Shown here: one piece after another, positions 35,187-48,400 of the stretch
How positions within the stretch are numbered: position 1 is the first letter of the stretch
Layout of the letters: the number at the start of each line of letters is the position of its first letter
Source: Vicugna vicugna
Lineage: Eukaryota
DNA: 64,000 nt
Direction: 5' to 3'
Assembly: GCA_013265495.1 (NCBI GenBank)
Contig: MU061464.1
Span: 4,923,566 to 4,987,565, forward strand
Made by a program: the position numbers and the translations under genes
Notes under the pieces: generated by a model
What the model saw: the letters and a program-made list of their open reading frames with translations, nothing else
What the model was told of the DNA's origin: nothing
Database searches by the model: none

Positions 35187-36884
35187 GTGAGTAGATTGGA
35201 TTCCTGAATTAAAGGTGTGCTTTAAAAATCACACCATTCATGGCTATACTATGTCTCTCCTCCAAGTGCTTAACAGACTTAATGCTCAGGCATGTGTACC
35301 AGACACTTCCAGAAGCAAGCGACGACTTTCCTCACCTTTTAAACAGAGGAGATGCAAAGACACCGTGGGGTTAAACAACGGAGCAAAGGTTAGCCAATAT
35401 TTTGGCTGGAGAAATACACCAAAGCATGGATTTTTATTTCCCCGCTCGCAGCAGTAATTACTAGACCTGAAGAAGATAGAAACAGGACATCATATGAAGG
35501 ATTCTTGTTTCAAAAAAACAAAACAACAACAATTGAAAATGTCTTTGCTTTGTTCTGGTAGATGAAATAAATAGTGCTTCTGAACTTTGGCTGGTTGGAG
35601 AGGGGCGGGCACTGAAATGATCTTAGTTGAAAGTGACAGTTTTAATTTTGAAATGCTGCCTCTATGCTACAAATGAAACGGTGGTTTGGAGAGCTGATTT
35701 TTATTCTTCAGCAGAGCTGCGTCGCCACAGCTATTTCCGCAAAGCATGTTTGTGTCCATTTAGCGATTCGCTTAAAATCAGTGGGAAGAGAAGACATTTT
35801 CTATTTCGAAATAAATGTAATTATGTTATTTATCATTTGAGTTTTAAAACTTAAAGCTCTCTGTATTCTTACTGTTTTCTCCACTAACTTTTTATTAAAA
35901 AAAAATTTCAAACCAACCGATAGAATGCAAGCACAGTACAAGTTCGATTGTCTTTAAATCTTGATTTTCTAAGAGGAAAAAAAAAAAAACTCATTGCCAG
36001 ATCAATGTAAATTTTTAAGTTTTTTTCACTTCTCTTTAATTGCTTCTTAATTTCTTATTGATCCACTAACTAAAGGATTATTGTTTGACTTACTGAGTGA
36101 GCTGGCAAGATTGTCTGGGTGAAATTAAATCAGTTGACCCAGCCTCTTTTGCTGGAAATTGGGTTGTGCAATTGCAATAGCTCTACACACTCAATAAGGC
36201 AAAAGGAGAAAGGACAGCCCAGCCAGGAAGCTCCCTAATATGCCTCCGAGTTTACTGCTCACCACGCTTCTGCTGCGCCCGTGAGGCAGAGGACTTTGCG
36301 GGAGAAACCCCCACGTATTAACAGTCCTGGGTCATTCCCAAAGCCCAGTCGTGGCTCAGGAGTCACGAGTTTTTATTTTTTGTTTTATTCCTAGGTTATG
36401 ATACGGAAATCGCAAAACAGAAAGGTCAGTCCTGAAACTGCTCCATACTCCCTGTCCGACTTCAGCCTGCGCTTTTCGGTATCAATTTTTGGTTTAGTCT
36501 CAGCTCGCTCCTTCCTGCCTCTCCTTCTTTCCTTCACCCCATCCCTAAACTCACTGTAGTCTCTCTGTCTTAATTCTTCTTGTTTGTCTCACTTGTGTTT
36601 CATTCAACTAATGCAGAAACACCTCCCTATCTTCTGCTCGTCTGAAGACCTGGGGCACTTCCGAATACGAGCACAAGCCTTGTGGCCTCTCACAGCGCAT
36701 CTGGATGTGGGGACCCCGTGACAACCACTCCGTCCTGTAACTCGGCTCATATGCCACCTTATGCTCCTGGACACTTAAACAAGGCCTGCCTGGTTACCTA
36801 ATTATTTCATATCTGTTTGCTTCATGTCAGTAGGCCTTACTTTTTTGTGTCTCTTTTGTGTCACCTTCCCCCTACTTTGCATAG

Positions 36885-37099
36885 GAACAGATCTTACCAC
36901 GCAGGCACGTGGAGAAGTGAGGTGTGGCCTGAGGGCTCAGGCGGGAAGCAGCAAGCGAGTTCCAGCGGGCCAGGTCCTGAAAAGGAAGGGGCTCCACAAG
37001 GAGAGGGAGTAGGGGTCAAGGAAACAGCCCAAAGTACAACACAGGGAAAGTCAGGATCTGAACAGGGTCACCTGTGGGATGTTCCAGAATCAAAAATGG
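36885..37099 (+). CDS. Candidate exon, unrecognised low-complexity product
   Basis: About 45-nt pyrimidine tract then gcatag acceptor, and TGG|GTAAGT donor. Purine-rich body, 215 nt, open in one frame (NRSYHAGTWRSEVWPEGSGG...DVPESKM). Confidence 0.4.
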
Positions 37100-37849
37100 G
37101 TAAGTGCTGAGAAGTGTCTGGACCCTCTGTGGTTACAATACGAGACTCAGCCTCCAAACTGACCTCAGGGTGTGAGCAGATCCTCACGGCTGCGGGGAAG
37201 CAGGTGGGAACCTCCGCGGGGCAGCGGGGGTGAGGAAACAGGACCCTAACCGTTTCTGACAGAGCCACAGTGGTGCTTAATAAATGCGGGATCGTTCATC
37301 TAAGTCCGTTCGTTCGGAAGGGCGCTGATGAAGTGCCTCTATCTGGGATGTAGCTCAAGCTCTGACAAGTGGGCAACATTTGAGTCCAAATCTACTAGCA
37401 TGTATTTCCCCAAAGTCTACCGCTCTAAAGATGTTTTTCCCCTACGTGCCAACTTTTCGGACACTGTATCCTAAGGACCACTGACCAACAATCTTCGGTC
37501 ACAGGAATAAAATGTTTACACGCATCTTCTTTCGATAGGTTCCCTCGGATTTTTTTTTAATTGCCGAAGGTCTCTTAGCTGTGTGCTATCTTTTATCGGG
37601 GACTGTAGGTATATTCTGGTGGCCCTACTACATTTAAAGTCATTACAGAGACGTGCCTTTTAATTCCTCTTATGAGCTACGGGTCTCACTGGCCCCTGTG
37701 TGCCTCCCCTTCAAGTGTTCGCCAGTGGTCTTCTTGATCCCTGTGGGGTGACACTTCATCATCTCACACATGTTACCTGATGTACAGACAGGTGCTGGGA
37801 CTCAGCTTACCTCCACTTCTTATCCATGGAAGTTAACGGTAGATGTAAC

Positions 37850-37990
37850 AGAGGAGGAATGTGAGCTTGGTTGCTAAGAGACCGCAGTTCTAGTTCTGTC
37901 TGTGTTGCCAGCTTCGGCCTTGCCTGTGTTGCTTCTTCTGGGATTCCTCTGGGCCTCGGTTCTCTCGTCTGTGACACAGGAGGGTCCATC
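37850..37990 (+). mobile_element. MIR SINE
   Basis: cctctgggcctcggttctctcgtctgtgacacagg is a MIR core. Confidence 0.6.
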
Positions 37991-38334
37991 TGTATTGACT
38001 ACAGTTCCGTGTCTGAGATTGTACGTTTTCTTTTCTGGAGAGGATCCAAACTTTAAAGTGTGGTAAATTGTATCTAAATAGATGGATTCGTGGGGACAAA
38101 TCAAGGTGCCGGTGAAAAGAAGACACAGGAGTCTGATCTATGTCTTTGTAATCTTCTGGCAGCGTTGATCCGGAGTAGGGAATTTTTCTCATGCCGCTGA
38201 GCGGTCTCCTGATGGCTGAGTGACTCCTTGTGATGCAGCCTTCATTTTTGCCTACTTAATCCTTGACTGTTTGAGGTTAGGTTTAATAAGCCTTAATTTT
38301 TATTCTCATAACTTCATCATAATATTGATCCAAG

Positions 38335-38545
38335 TTAACATTTTTGAGCACTTATTATGTGTCAAGCGGCATGCTAAGTGCTCTAAATCTATTTATTCAC
38401 TTAATCTTGTGAAGACAAATGCTGTTGGTATCTCTGTCTGCAGACCAGGACGCAGAGGCACCGAGGGTTTGGAAAATGTCCCAGCGATTACCTGGGAGAG
38501 GTTAGGGATCTTCTCCTGGAAACCAGGCAGTGCAGGTCCATAATC
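38335..38545 (-). mobile_element. MIR SINE
   Basis: taacatttttgagcacttattatgtgtcaagc...gcagaggcaccgagggtttggaaaatgtcccag...aaaccaggcagtg. Confidence 0.7.
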
Positions 38546-41500
38546 AACTTGTGTTCTTTAATGGTGACATTATGTTGCCTCTTATCGTTCAAAGTGCCTG
38601 AAGAGAAAAAACATAACCTTGACTAATGTTTCTAGACCAGGTGAAAGTTTTCACATACGCTGTTTAATCACCATTTATTATAAGGTAGCTGTTACCACGA
38701 CAAAACAGTTGGTTAGACTTTCCTGCTTCACAACGCGTACTCACCAGCAGGGACAGAATGAAGATGCGATGCTCTGTGAACACCACCCCATCTGGAATTC
38801 GAGGGAACCAACCATAACAATCAGCCGGGACACAGAACATCTCCACATCAAAGAGGAGAAGTTAGTCACGAGTGACAATCCAGTGTTAAATAACTGAATT
38901 GTTTTAGCTGTTAACTGTAAGTGAATGGTGTTTTTAATTGCACTTTAATAATGCCATGCCCTTTATAACCAAAATTAATGTTTTCTCTCACTCTGATTTT
39001 GAAGTATGTGTCGGTTTAATTAAACTATTAATGGCAGGCGGATTTTAAGGACTTTATATTTTTTCATTAAATTGTATCTGTCCAACAAGCTTATACACAG
39101 GAAAATGGAGCTGGGGAGGGACAGATGCACGTCTTCTGATGCGTCACTCATCATCGGGCAAGGCGATGGCTGGGTGCTGGTTGAGGTGCTTGCCCGTAAT
39201 AAAGAAGCCCACCTCCAGGTTATAATGTTCACTGAGCTCATTTGAAGGAAAGGTGACTGCTCCTTCGGAAAACACAGACCAGCTGAAGGAGTTTGTGCAG
39301 CTTTTGGGAGACAGGCAACCCCCACCGCAGGACTTGATGAACTATGGCGATGGCAGATGGTGGCTTCAATTCCCTTGTGATCACAGGCAGCTTTCTGCCG
39401 TCTAACTCTGACAATTCAGGGAGGAGAGACCATAAGAAGGGTTGGCTTCCTCTCCTCTTCCCTTTCTGGATTGCCTTATTGTAGCCGAGCCTCCTACAGA
39501 ACACACGAAGCCAGCCTCACACAGAGCAGCCATTTGTTTTTATTGCCAGAAATGACAACTGATAAAGTAAGCACTGTGCACACCCCAAGCATCTCCTGGA
39601 TTCAGTTCAAGAGAATCGACTGAGTCTGGTTTAAAGATCAGGAAGAACCAGAGCAGGATAATTTCTTGTCTCTTCGGTCCATTGATGACATAATGCAAAT
39701 TGGCAAACACTTAAAGAAGCAAGACAATGTCTAAATTACACTTCTCTAGTGAAGGGGGTGGGGGCTACACCTGCTGCTTACAGTCTAAGGTGTAGCATGT
39801 TGTAATAGCGACAAGTGTGTCCCTCCTTTGTGTGGCAGATCAATCAATAGCTTTCCGTGTGATCTTGTTCACTATTATGTCAGTAATGAAACCCTCGTGT
39901 GATGTGACAACCGCGGAATAACATTTGGTCACAAAGCTGGTGTTAACAAGCACAACTGGCACTCTGGTAATTAGGCTGATTTCTGGTCTCTTCTTGCACA
40001 AATTGTCGGTAAGTGCAGTAAACAGGCCGTTGACTCCCTTCTGAACAGCTATATTAAGCTTCATATTCTTAGAAATTCATCTACGAGGTTTGTTTGTACC
40101 AGTGAAGCCATAGAAGAGAAAGATTATGTGACAATCTTTCTTGGCCAGCCTGTGCAGATGTAAACGTTTATATGTATGTATGTGTCTATCCATCCGTCTC
40201 TCTCTCTTCTACCAGACTTTGTCAATACAATTTAAAGCATATATTAACATTTAAAATTTTGATTAACCGGCAGTTGGCCAAGAACAAGACCCTGACAAAC
40301 AGGGACCTAGCGCAGATTCCTGTGGTTTACAATTTACTAAAAGAAGTAGAAAAGTAGAAATATACATTCAATGGAGAGCCAAGCACATGAAGACTAACCA
40401 TCTCTTTTCCACTTTTGTACAAGAAGAGGTCTATTTGGAATTATAATTAATTTACAAGCTTTGCCCAGGGAAAAAGCTGAAATATATGAATCTAATATTT
40501 GCCTTATTATCCATCCTGACAATCCTTTTTGGCCCTAATGTTTTCCCCTTCTCTGTGGATTTTCTGCAGAGAAGCAGGACAAGCTCTTAAATATTAAGCA
40601 TGAAAATCTGACCCATCTGTAGACAGTCAATGGGCTTGTCTCTGAAAACATCTTCCATTGTTATCGAAAGGTGCTAACTGCATTTAAATGTGAGTGGCCC
40701 TGAGTGAGTGCTGCATGAAGGCTACCCAGATGGGAGCCCTGCTTTACGGGAGTTCTGATCTGAGCAGGCAACTCTAAGAAAGCCTTACGTGACTTCAGCC
40801 AGTTAAAAGACAACTTTGCTTAAGTAAATCACCATTTGGAAGCCGAAATGAGAACGGAATCAAATCAGGTTCTTTGTGAAGATTCTGCTCTAAGTCCCTC
40901 TGTGTTTCAGCCCATCCCTGTCCCAGACATTTGTTTCTGTTTGGTACACAGATGCTTAGAGACAAAAATATATTTTGTCACATCAAGTTTTTTTTTTCCT
41001 CCTGGACTTGGAATTTCATTCTCTGACAGGCTTTTAGATATCATTTTGTGTTCTTGTTGAGTTCTACTGGATACTGAAATATTTCAATGTCGAGTGTCAT
41101 TTCTATCCACAAAGACTTATTCTTGTGCTAATCCCCATGTACACTTTTGCCTAGTTTCCCACTTGTAAGAGAGTGGCACAGAGGTTGGGGCTCCATCTCT
41201 GGTTATCAATATGATCGGTTAAAAAGCTCTCATGGGAGTCAAGCCCATGCCCACAGCCTCATGAATGCGACTTTCTGACCATGTGTACGCACAGCCTTAT
41301 TGTCACAAGGGTGATTCCCCATCGTTTACAAAAGACTTCTACTGAGAGGCCTAAGGAGGGTACAGAGATAATAAGACACAAGCCCTGAAATCCTTTCACA
41401 ATGTTTATCCCTATATCAGTCATCATGCTGCACATTTTGAATGTCATGCAATTTTGTCAATTACACCTCAGTGGAAGAAATTTTCACATGTAGAGGTATG

Positions 41501-41629
41501 GGGAAGTCATTCTGTCTTACATATGATTTAACTTAAACTTTAGGCTGACCAAAACTGTTTGTGACCTCTTAAATATACGTGGTATGTCTGATTTAACTAT
41601 TAATGAAAAAAATGCATTTAAAAATCAAT

Positions 41630-42086
41630 ATGGAGTAACAGTGGTCCAGGCATCCAAAATGGAGTTGGGTGGCCATTGTTGCTATGGTTTCAGACATGTT
41701 CCCGCATCACTGAGAACTTGAATTTTCTGAACTGTGTCAGACTCAAGGACATGCCAGCCTTTCTCAAAACCATGGAGATGCCAAGATGCAACCCTCTGGC
41801 CTCATGGTCTCCCCTTGTAACTCTGAAACCATTTTGTCCCCAACCAATTTTCGCTTAACAAAGACCTTTACTTCTAGCAAGGTCCAATCCTAATTCTTGA
41901 AAGACAATTTATGTAATTTCTTTCAGTTTTTGCCTTTATGAACCTCTCCCATTTTGTAGTGTGACTCCAACACAATTCAGGTGCTTCTTGAATCTGTATC
42001 TCCTGGGCTGTAGTCCTCAGTCTGGCTCAAATAAAACTCTGTTCAGTTCCTATTATAGATTGGTTTATTGATTATTTCTGTTGATA
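41630..42086 (+). mobile_element. ERV1-class solo LTR (MER34-like)
   Basis: ccaaaatggagt near the start, an AATAAA at 42030-42035 within gtcctcagtctggctcaaataaaactct, and an end at ttctgttgata. The family call is from memory. Confidence 0.65.
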
Positions 42087-42565
42087 ATCTCAATAATGCT
42101 GCAAAAAAAGTAAAAGACATAGCCCCTGTCCTCACCATGTTCACAATCGTAAGGAGAGCTTTTCTGTAAGTCATCCTAAGAAGTCTGTCTTCATTCAGAA
42201 AGCATGATGAGACACTGAAGAAATTAAACAAGAGAAATAAATGAATTTGAATGATAGTAGAGTGGAAGGTCCACAATATTTGGCACCTAGCTGATACATT
42301 AACCAGACAAACGATTAAAATCCTTTCTATGTCTCCCTTTTTCTTTTTTTTTGAGGCAGTGGTGGTAAAAATGAGAAATAAGACAGAGTTTACTCCAAAG
42401 GCATGTAGCAAGTGTGGTCTCGGTCAGACAGAATGGCACATGAAGACCATGCTACAGTGGCACAGAGGCTCTGAGGGAGGAAGAGTTCAGTAAGTTCAAG
42501 GGTGTACTTTCTGTTTATCCTTTAAAGGCCAGTGCCCTGGGGTGTGCTGAGTCTGGACCTGGTAT

Positions 42566-43437
42566 TTTCAGTATAAGCGTCTTTGCCATAGACATTGTTG
42601 CCACCAGCATTTTTGCCACATAACTAATTGGCTGGAAGACAATTTTGCTGCAAAAGATAAAACAACTGGTCAGAAGTTTGTTTTCAACTGGTTGGCAGTT
42701 TGGTTTCATTTTTCCATTGATCCAATACTCCCATTTTTGTATTATGTAAGTCTCAGCCCTCTTAATGGTCTATACGGTGATGAATAGACATGGTGGTCTT
42801 AAAATACTGGATGATAACAACTAAGTTGTAGACTTGGTAGAAAATATGGTGATAAGACTCACTGGAAGTGTGAAATAAGAGGGGAAAGCCAGATTGCATG
42901 CTAGACTAACAAATGATAATGTATCAGTTTGCAAATCCATCAGTAATCACATAGAAATTTGGAATGTCTATCAATGGGCATGTGATGATATGCCAAGAAC
43001 TAAGAGCAGAGTAGAGACAGCACAACACAGAGCTCAGTTTACAAATCTGGAAATGGGTACCTCTCTTAACGAAGGAATACATTTCAGCAAAAAAGAAAAT
43101 GTTCAATGCCAAATGAGGGGACAAAACAAGAAAAAAATGTACAAAATATTATGAATGAATGACTGGGAAGACAGTGCTTAGCTACAACACACACAATAAA
43201 ATCAGGTATTTGTGCAGTAAAAACACAAACATATAATATATTCAAATATTTTATGTGTCTTAATGACGTCTTTTTAATTTTATTATTCATTTCTCATGTT
43301 TCATTATGTTCTTTTTAATGTCCTTCTTATATTTTTTATTATTTTATCCTTTATGGCAAAATTACTTTACTGTCAATTAGTTATTCAGTGAAAATGCTTG
43401 CAGCAAAGATGTCTATGAAAAGAGGCTTACAATGGAA
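42566..43437. mobile_element. Ancient DNA-transposon relic with ~64-bp terminal inverted repeats (TcMar, possibly DNA1_Mam-like)
   Basis: 42566-42629 is 48/64 identical to the reverse complement of 43375-43437 by hand alignment. Confidence 0.6.
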
Positions 43438-43509
43438 GTAATTAGAACCCCCTGCATTCAGGCTCCAGTAAGATGACTTAAACATAGCTCTTTGTGAAAT
43501 TTTATTAAC

Positions 43510-43690
43510 TTTTCCAGCAGTATTTTGAGATTGTTGTCATTGTCCCATCTAATGGGTTAAAAAAAAAAAAAAGGAAACTCAAAGGAGGTAATTTGCTCAC
43601 CCAATGTCATACAGCTAGTAAAGAATGGGCGGAAGATTAGAGCAAAAGTTAGTTGACAGCAAGGCCCAAATATGCTCTCTACCACATCAA
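43510..43690 (-). mobile_element. MIR SINE
   Basis: ggaaactcaaaggaggtaatttgctcacccaatgtcatacagctagtaa is a MIR core in antisense. Confidence 0.7.
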
Positions 43691-44749
43691 AAGTTTAAGG
43701 GACTCATAAGGCATGTGATGAAACATGGTCCACTTATTTGAGATTCTCAGGACACAGTCTGGCCACCACCCTCTCCATTTCAATTATGTGAGTCATGGAA
43801 GGTTAGCCTTCAGTTGGCAGAGTCTGGACCCTAGGCGAGGTCAGAACTTTGAATTCTGCTCAAGAAAATAGCCGAAATTTATGGATATTAAATTAAGAGG
43901 TGAAACAGTCAAATCTAAAGAGCCAGCAGAATGCCCTCACATAAAAGCTTAGATTTGGCTTCCAGGCAGCTGCAAATCCCTAACTCTTGAAAAGAAAAGG
44001 AGACAAAAGACACCAGTAAGCTCGCCGCTTGACTGTTGAATCTAGAGATCATTTCTAAACCTGCCACATGTTGTAAATCTGACTGTAAAGGCCGTGTGTG
44101 TGGAAGAGTGAAACTTTTTGATGAAATATGTGGGTATCTTTTGTCCACATCACTCATAGACCTTCACTCATAGCTTCTCTCTCAAGCTCTCCCACGAGTC
44201 ATTAACAGCTACAGTTTGAATCTATCTCAGGCCAGGCAGCGTCACATTCTGACTTACTCCTGAGAGCTACCCAGTGAATTTATCAAAGGAAGAGCTGACC
44301 CTTTGTTCCAGGCGATATCACTCTACGTGTTGGAGCTAGAATTCAAACTCAGCCCCGTCTAGCCCCTCTCACTCTGCTTCTCACCCTCTTGGGGATGAGA
44401 GAAGTCAGCAGGGGGATAACAGATGTAGTCCCAGGATATTAGCCGGAAATACTCCCCACGTCTTAGCCAACATTTGATGCTTATCCCACTGTTCCCAGTT
44501 CTCTGGCTTTGGACATCTGTTCTTAGTCCCTGAATTTGACGGCCACATAGATTTCTCTTGTATGCTTCCCACCTGTATCTGCTTTAGACACTCTCTCTGA
44601 TATTAGCATCTACTGTCTGCAAAACTATCTTTATCAGACTCAAGTCCACAGAGCTGGGGTGTCTCTGCCTTCATAAACACTTCTCATAAAAGGAGAAACA
44701 TTTAGATGCCATATAAAGATGCTAATAAGATAGTGATGAAATTGAAGAT

Positions 44750-44885
44750 TAATTTTAGAAGGAATTTTGGTGCAGCACAGAGAGTGGATTGTAGGGAGGC
44801 AAATAGGAACGCAGAGAGACAGTTAAATAGCCATTGCAGAATGCAAATTAAGAAGTGGTCTTGGCTTGGACCCGCGGAGTTCCCA
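44750..44885 (-). mobile_element. L2 fragment
   Basis: gagagtggattgtagggaggcaaatagg...gagacagttaaatagccattgcag...gtggtcttggcttggac. Confidence 0.6.
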
Positions 44886-44999
44886 AGGACGGGAATGAAG
44901 AAGAGACACTGGAGCCAGTGTCCCAGCTTGGCCGCTCCCCAGCTCTGGGCTCGGGCAAGCTGCCCAGCCTTTCTGCATCCCACTGCTCTCACTTAACAA

Positions 45000-45110
45000 C
45001 GAAATGAGCAGTAATAGCAATGGCACCTAGCTCCCAAGGTTAAGAATATTAAACGAGTTAACACATATAAAAGTAGCTGGCACACGGCAGTGCTAAGATG
45101 TTAGCTACTA
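45000..45110 (+). mobile_element. MIR SINE 3' half
   Basis: aatggcacctagctcccaaggttaagaatattaaacgagttaacacatataaaagtagctggcacacggcagtgct. Confidence 0.7.
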
Positions 45111-46569
45111 ACGAAGGTAGTGGGAACGACGTAAAGAGAGACTAAGATTAAGGAGGTAAAACACATAAGTCATTTAGCTGATTTGCTGTGGGAGAAGAGT
45201 AGTTCCCAGGTTTTTGTTTTGAAGCATTGTTTTCGGAGATTTCAGTCCCCAAAAGTGCAATTTTGTCAGGAGGGAAAATTGTGATAGAAAAGCCTGGGTT
45301 TGGGGACGTCGGTGGGGCGGGGCTGTCTTCTCAGGGTTTAGCAAGCACTCTCATCGGTTAAGCTACTCGCCTGTTAACACAAATCCGAGAAATTTCTTTT
45401 TCGTCGTTGAAACCATGAATGTTAAGCCTCAGGATTTCCTGTATTCACTGTATCATTTTCGTCTTCCCAACCAAGTAAAGTGAGATTCAGAGAAACGACC
45501 TGCCAGGTTCAAGCAGCCACAAAGGAGAGACACACACTCTTCCCTGATGCCAGAGCCTCGGTAGTTTCCCAGGGGCCGGTGCCCCACAGCGACTGAAGGA
45601 CACCCAGGTCCTAGACTCGGGACCTGGAGGCAGTGAATGCAGGCGGAGCATCAGCTTAGGGCTGCGAGATGATGGATGACGACGACAGACGTCGTTCAGA
45701 GTGCGCACCTGAAGGCGGTGGTGCCCGAGGACTGATTCAGCGCTGCGGTACTTGAGACATTTGATTATTTTGTTCTTACTCTCACACAGTATAACTAACT
45801 TTACAAGACAATGCTTATTAGAACTATTCTATCTTCAGAATGGTTTGTGTCATCTGCTCTTTGGGAGTCTTTTGTTTGTTTGTTTTTTAACTACATGGTA
45901 TTTTAAGTTAAAAATCAAGTAGTCAGATTGTATTTTCACAAGTACGTAATGGAGATTTAGGGAAGTTAATTCTATTCAGGGAAATTAAACTCTTTGTTAT
46001 TGAAAGTCCGTAATAGTAAGATATACAAAAGATACAAACCTTTACAAATGTGAGGTAAATCCTAAGGGCTTACTCGTGAGTGAGTATAATTCCTTTTTAA
46101 GGGTTAGAAAATGTTTTATTAATTAACCAGAATCCTCCAGATAATCATTGTTTACATTTCTTTCAAGATATTTCTATCTTAAAGCATCTATCTGCCGTGT
46201 TATAAATCATTGCTCATGTTAAGGGGGGAGAGCTCGTCCCGGGTACCTGCTCCACCGTCTCCAGTGGAATTGTTGCTGTGGGCAAACTGGGTCACTGTTA
46301 CGTCCAGGTGTCAGCTGGAAGGAACTCTTTCTTCCAGGCACTTTCCTGTACATTCTGTCGGAGAGAACTGAACAAACGAAAGCAGAGAAGTGTGTGGCTG
46401 GACAACCATGCGATCAGCTTGAATTCTACTCCTCTGGACAGACACAAAGAGGATTTTGATGCATGTCTAGTAGTCTCTGCATAATTCTGTGCCTTTTTAA
46501 AAATCATAATAGAAGAAATGTTTATGGTAAATTGCCATAAGTTGTTCCACAAGCCTTGATTAACCTCTC

Positions 46570-47040
46570 TCCTGGGGCATATAGTTCACTTCAATTTTTT
46601 ATTATAAACAAAAGAACAATTAATAGTTTGTAGTTAATTTTTTAGATTAGATCCTTAAGATAAATTCCTAGAAATAAAATCACTGATAATATTTGAAAAG
46701 CTTTGTTATTTTTTTGAAACTCATTTCCCAAAAGCATTATAACCTTATTTCATTTACCTACAGAGTTTCTTTTACATTCTTGCTGGAAATAAATATGAAC
46801 CTTTTTATTCCTTGTTCATATGAGGGAGAAAAACACTGTCTCACTGTTTTAATGTGCATTTCTTTGATTGTTATTTAAATCTATTTTTCCCTCCCATTTT
46901 TTAACTAATTGCATTTCTTTCATTTACCTCTTAGAGTATGTGTGTTGGATTGCGTGTTTTTATACAATGATTAGTCTTTTGTCCTGTTTGTTATCAGTAT
47001 GCGTTTTTCTTAAGTACTTCTAAATATTGTTATTAGAAGC
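46570..47040 (-). mobile_element. Old L1ME-like fragment
   Basis: tagatccttaagataaattcctagaaat...tctcactgttttaatgtgcatttctttgatt is an L1 3' region in antisense. Confidence 0.6.
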
Positions 47041-47789
47041 GATTAGCATTTGGTATAGTAATAGTATAAAATTAAGCTCCAGTAATAACCCTCATTAAAA
47101 CTTGTGGCTTCTCTGCTCAATGGGATTCAGCAGTCACCCCTTCTATTGCTTGCTCCTAGAACTTTCAGGCTTATAACACAACACAAGCCTGAGTAACTTC
47201 ACGTTATTCATTCTCTTTTGTGACCCTCAGCTGTGGTTTGGGGAAGTGCTGTCGAGTCCTAGGAGAAGTCCCAGGAAAACATGTTCTCCGTTCCCTTCAG
47301 AACATAACTTCAAGTACGTGATCGTGGGTGACGTTGGTCCACCTCATTCAATTTGTCCTTTGAGAGGAGTTTGGAAGCGGAAGACGCCAGGTCACATGAG
47401 AGCTCTGTTCATTGTTCAGCCTCTTCTGCATCGTCAGGGGCCTCATTCTTTCTCACAAAGACTCCCACGTGGTACATTCTCAAACAACTTTCTTTCAACC
47501 CTTTCTATCACTTAAGGATGTGTTCTTAAGGAATTAATATATTTTCTTAAGTTCATGGTCAATATTTAAGCATGGATATATGTGAAAACTTGATCTTTCA
47601 AAAACGTATGATTGCATTTTTGTAGGAACATTTTTTGGATTCTAAATACATGTGTCAGCTTTTACTAAGTTATATTGTGATAAACAACCCTAAATCAGAG
47701 CAGCTTTCAAATTCTCCAAAAAAAAAAAAAAAGTTTTTTTTTTAAGTTAGAAAGTGAAATAAAGCCAATTTAAGAACTAAAAAAAGTTA

Positions 47790-48066
47790 CCTTTCAATGA
47801 GACCTACTCTGATCACCTTATTTAAAAATAGAAGTCTTATGGCCCTCTCTACCCATTGCTCTTTTCTGATTAATTCTTTCCTTCATCATACTATTTCTTT
47901 CTAGCATACTATATTATTTACTTTCCTTGTCTCTCTCTCTCCAGTAGACTATAAGTTCCACGAGGGCAAAACTTATGTCTGCTTTGTTCACTCATTCATG
48001 AAACCCAGTGTCTAGAACAGTCCCTGGGACATAGTATGTACTTTAAAAATAATCATTAAATGAATA
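47790..48066 (+). mobile_element. L2 3' end
   Basis: ctagactataagttccacgagggca-like motif, cagtgtctagaacagtccctgggacatagta and taaatgaat tail. Confidence 0.8.
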
Positions 48067-48079
48067 GGAAACATTTCAG

Positions 48080-48400
48080 TGACTTACAACCACAAAAATT
48101 TTCCTCACTCTTGAAACATGTCTTTCAAGGATTAGAGGCAACTTTGCTCCATGACGGTCTCATTCTGAGACCTACTTGTCAAAATAGCCATAATCTTGGA
48201 AACACTGGCCTCATTGTAGAGAGAAAAATTGCTGAAACTCAGGGAGGCTCTTACATCCTAAGCTGGAAGCACAGGTCACTTCCATTAACATTGTCTTGGC
48301 CAAGGCAACGGACCTGGCCAGCCAGCGCACCAGTGGAGTATGGATGTATGATCCTGTCACAAGGTTGGGCAGTGGCTATTTGAGAAAGTTATAGTCATCC
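48080..48400. mobile_element. Old MLT1 (J/K-like) LTR fragment
   Basis: aggtcacttccattaacattgtcttggccaaggcaacggacctggcc...gtatggatgtatgatcct. Confidence 0.5.

Noticed and set aside
37807-37989. Minus-strand ORF ending at a GTAAGC donor
   Set aside because: It overlaps a MIR element.
38739-38900. Minus-strand CTG|GTGAGT donor after a possible exon
   Set aside because: There is no clean acceptor and no in-frame partner, so it is indistinguishable from a pseudo-exon.
47718-47743. A15-G-T10 self-complementary run
   Set aside because: Simple homopolymer juxtaposition, common in AT-rich DNA.
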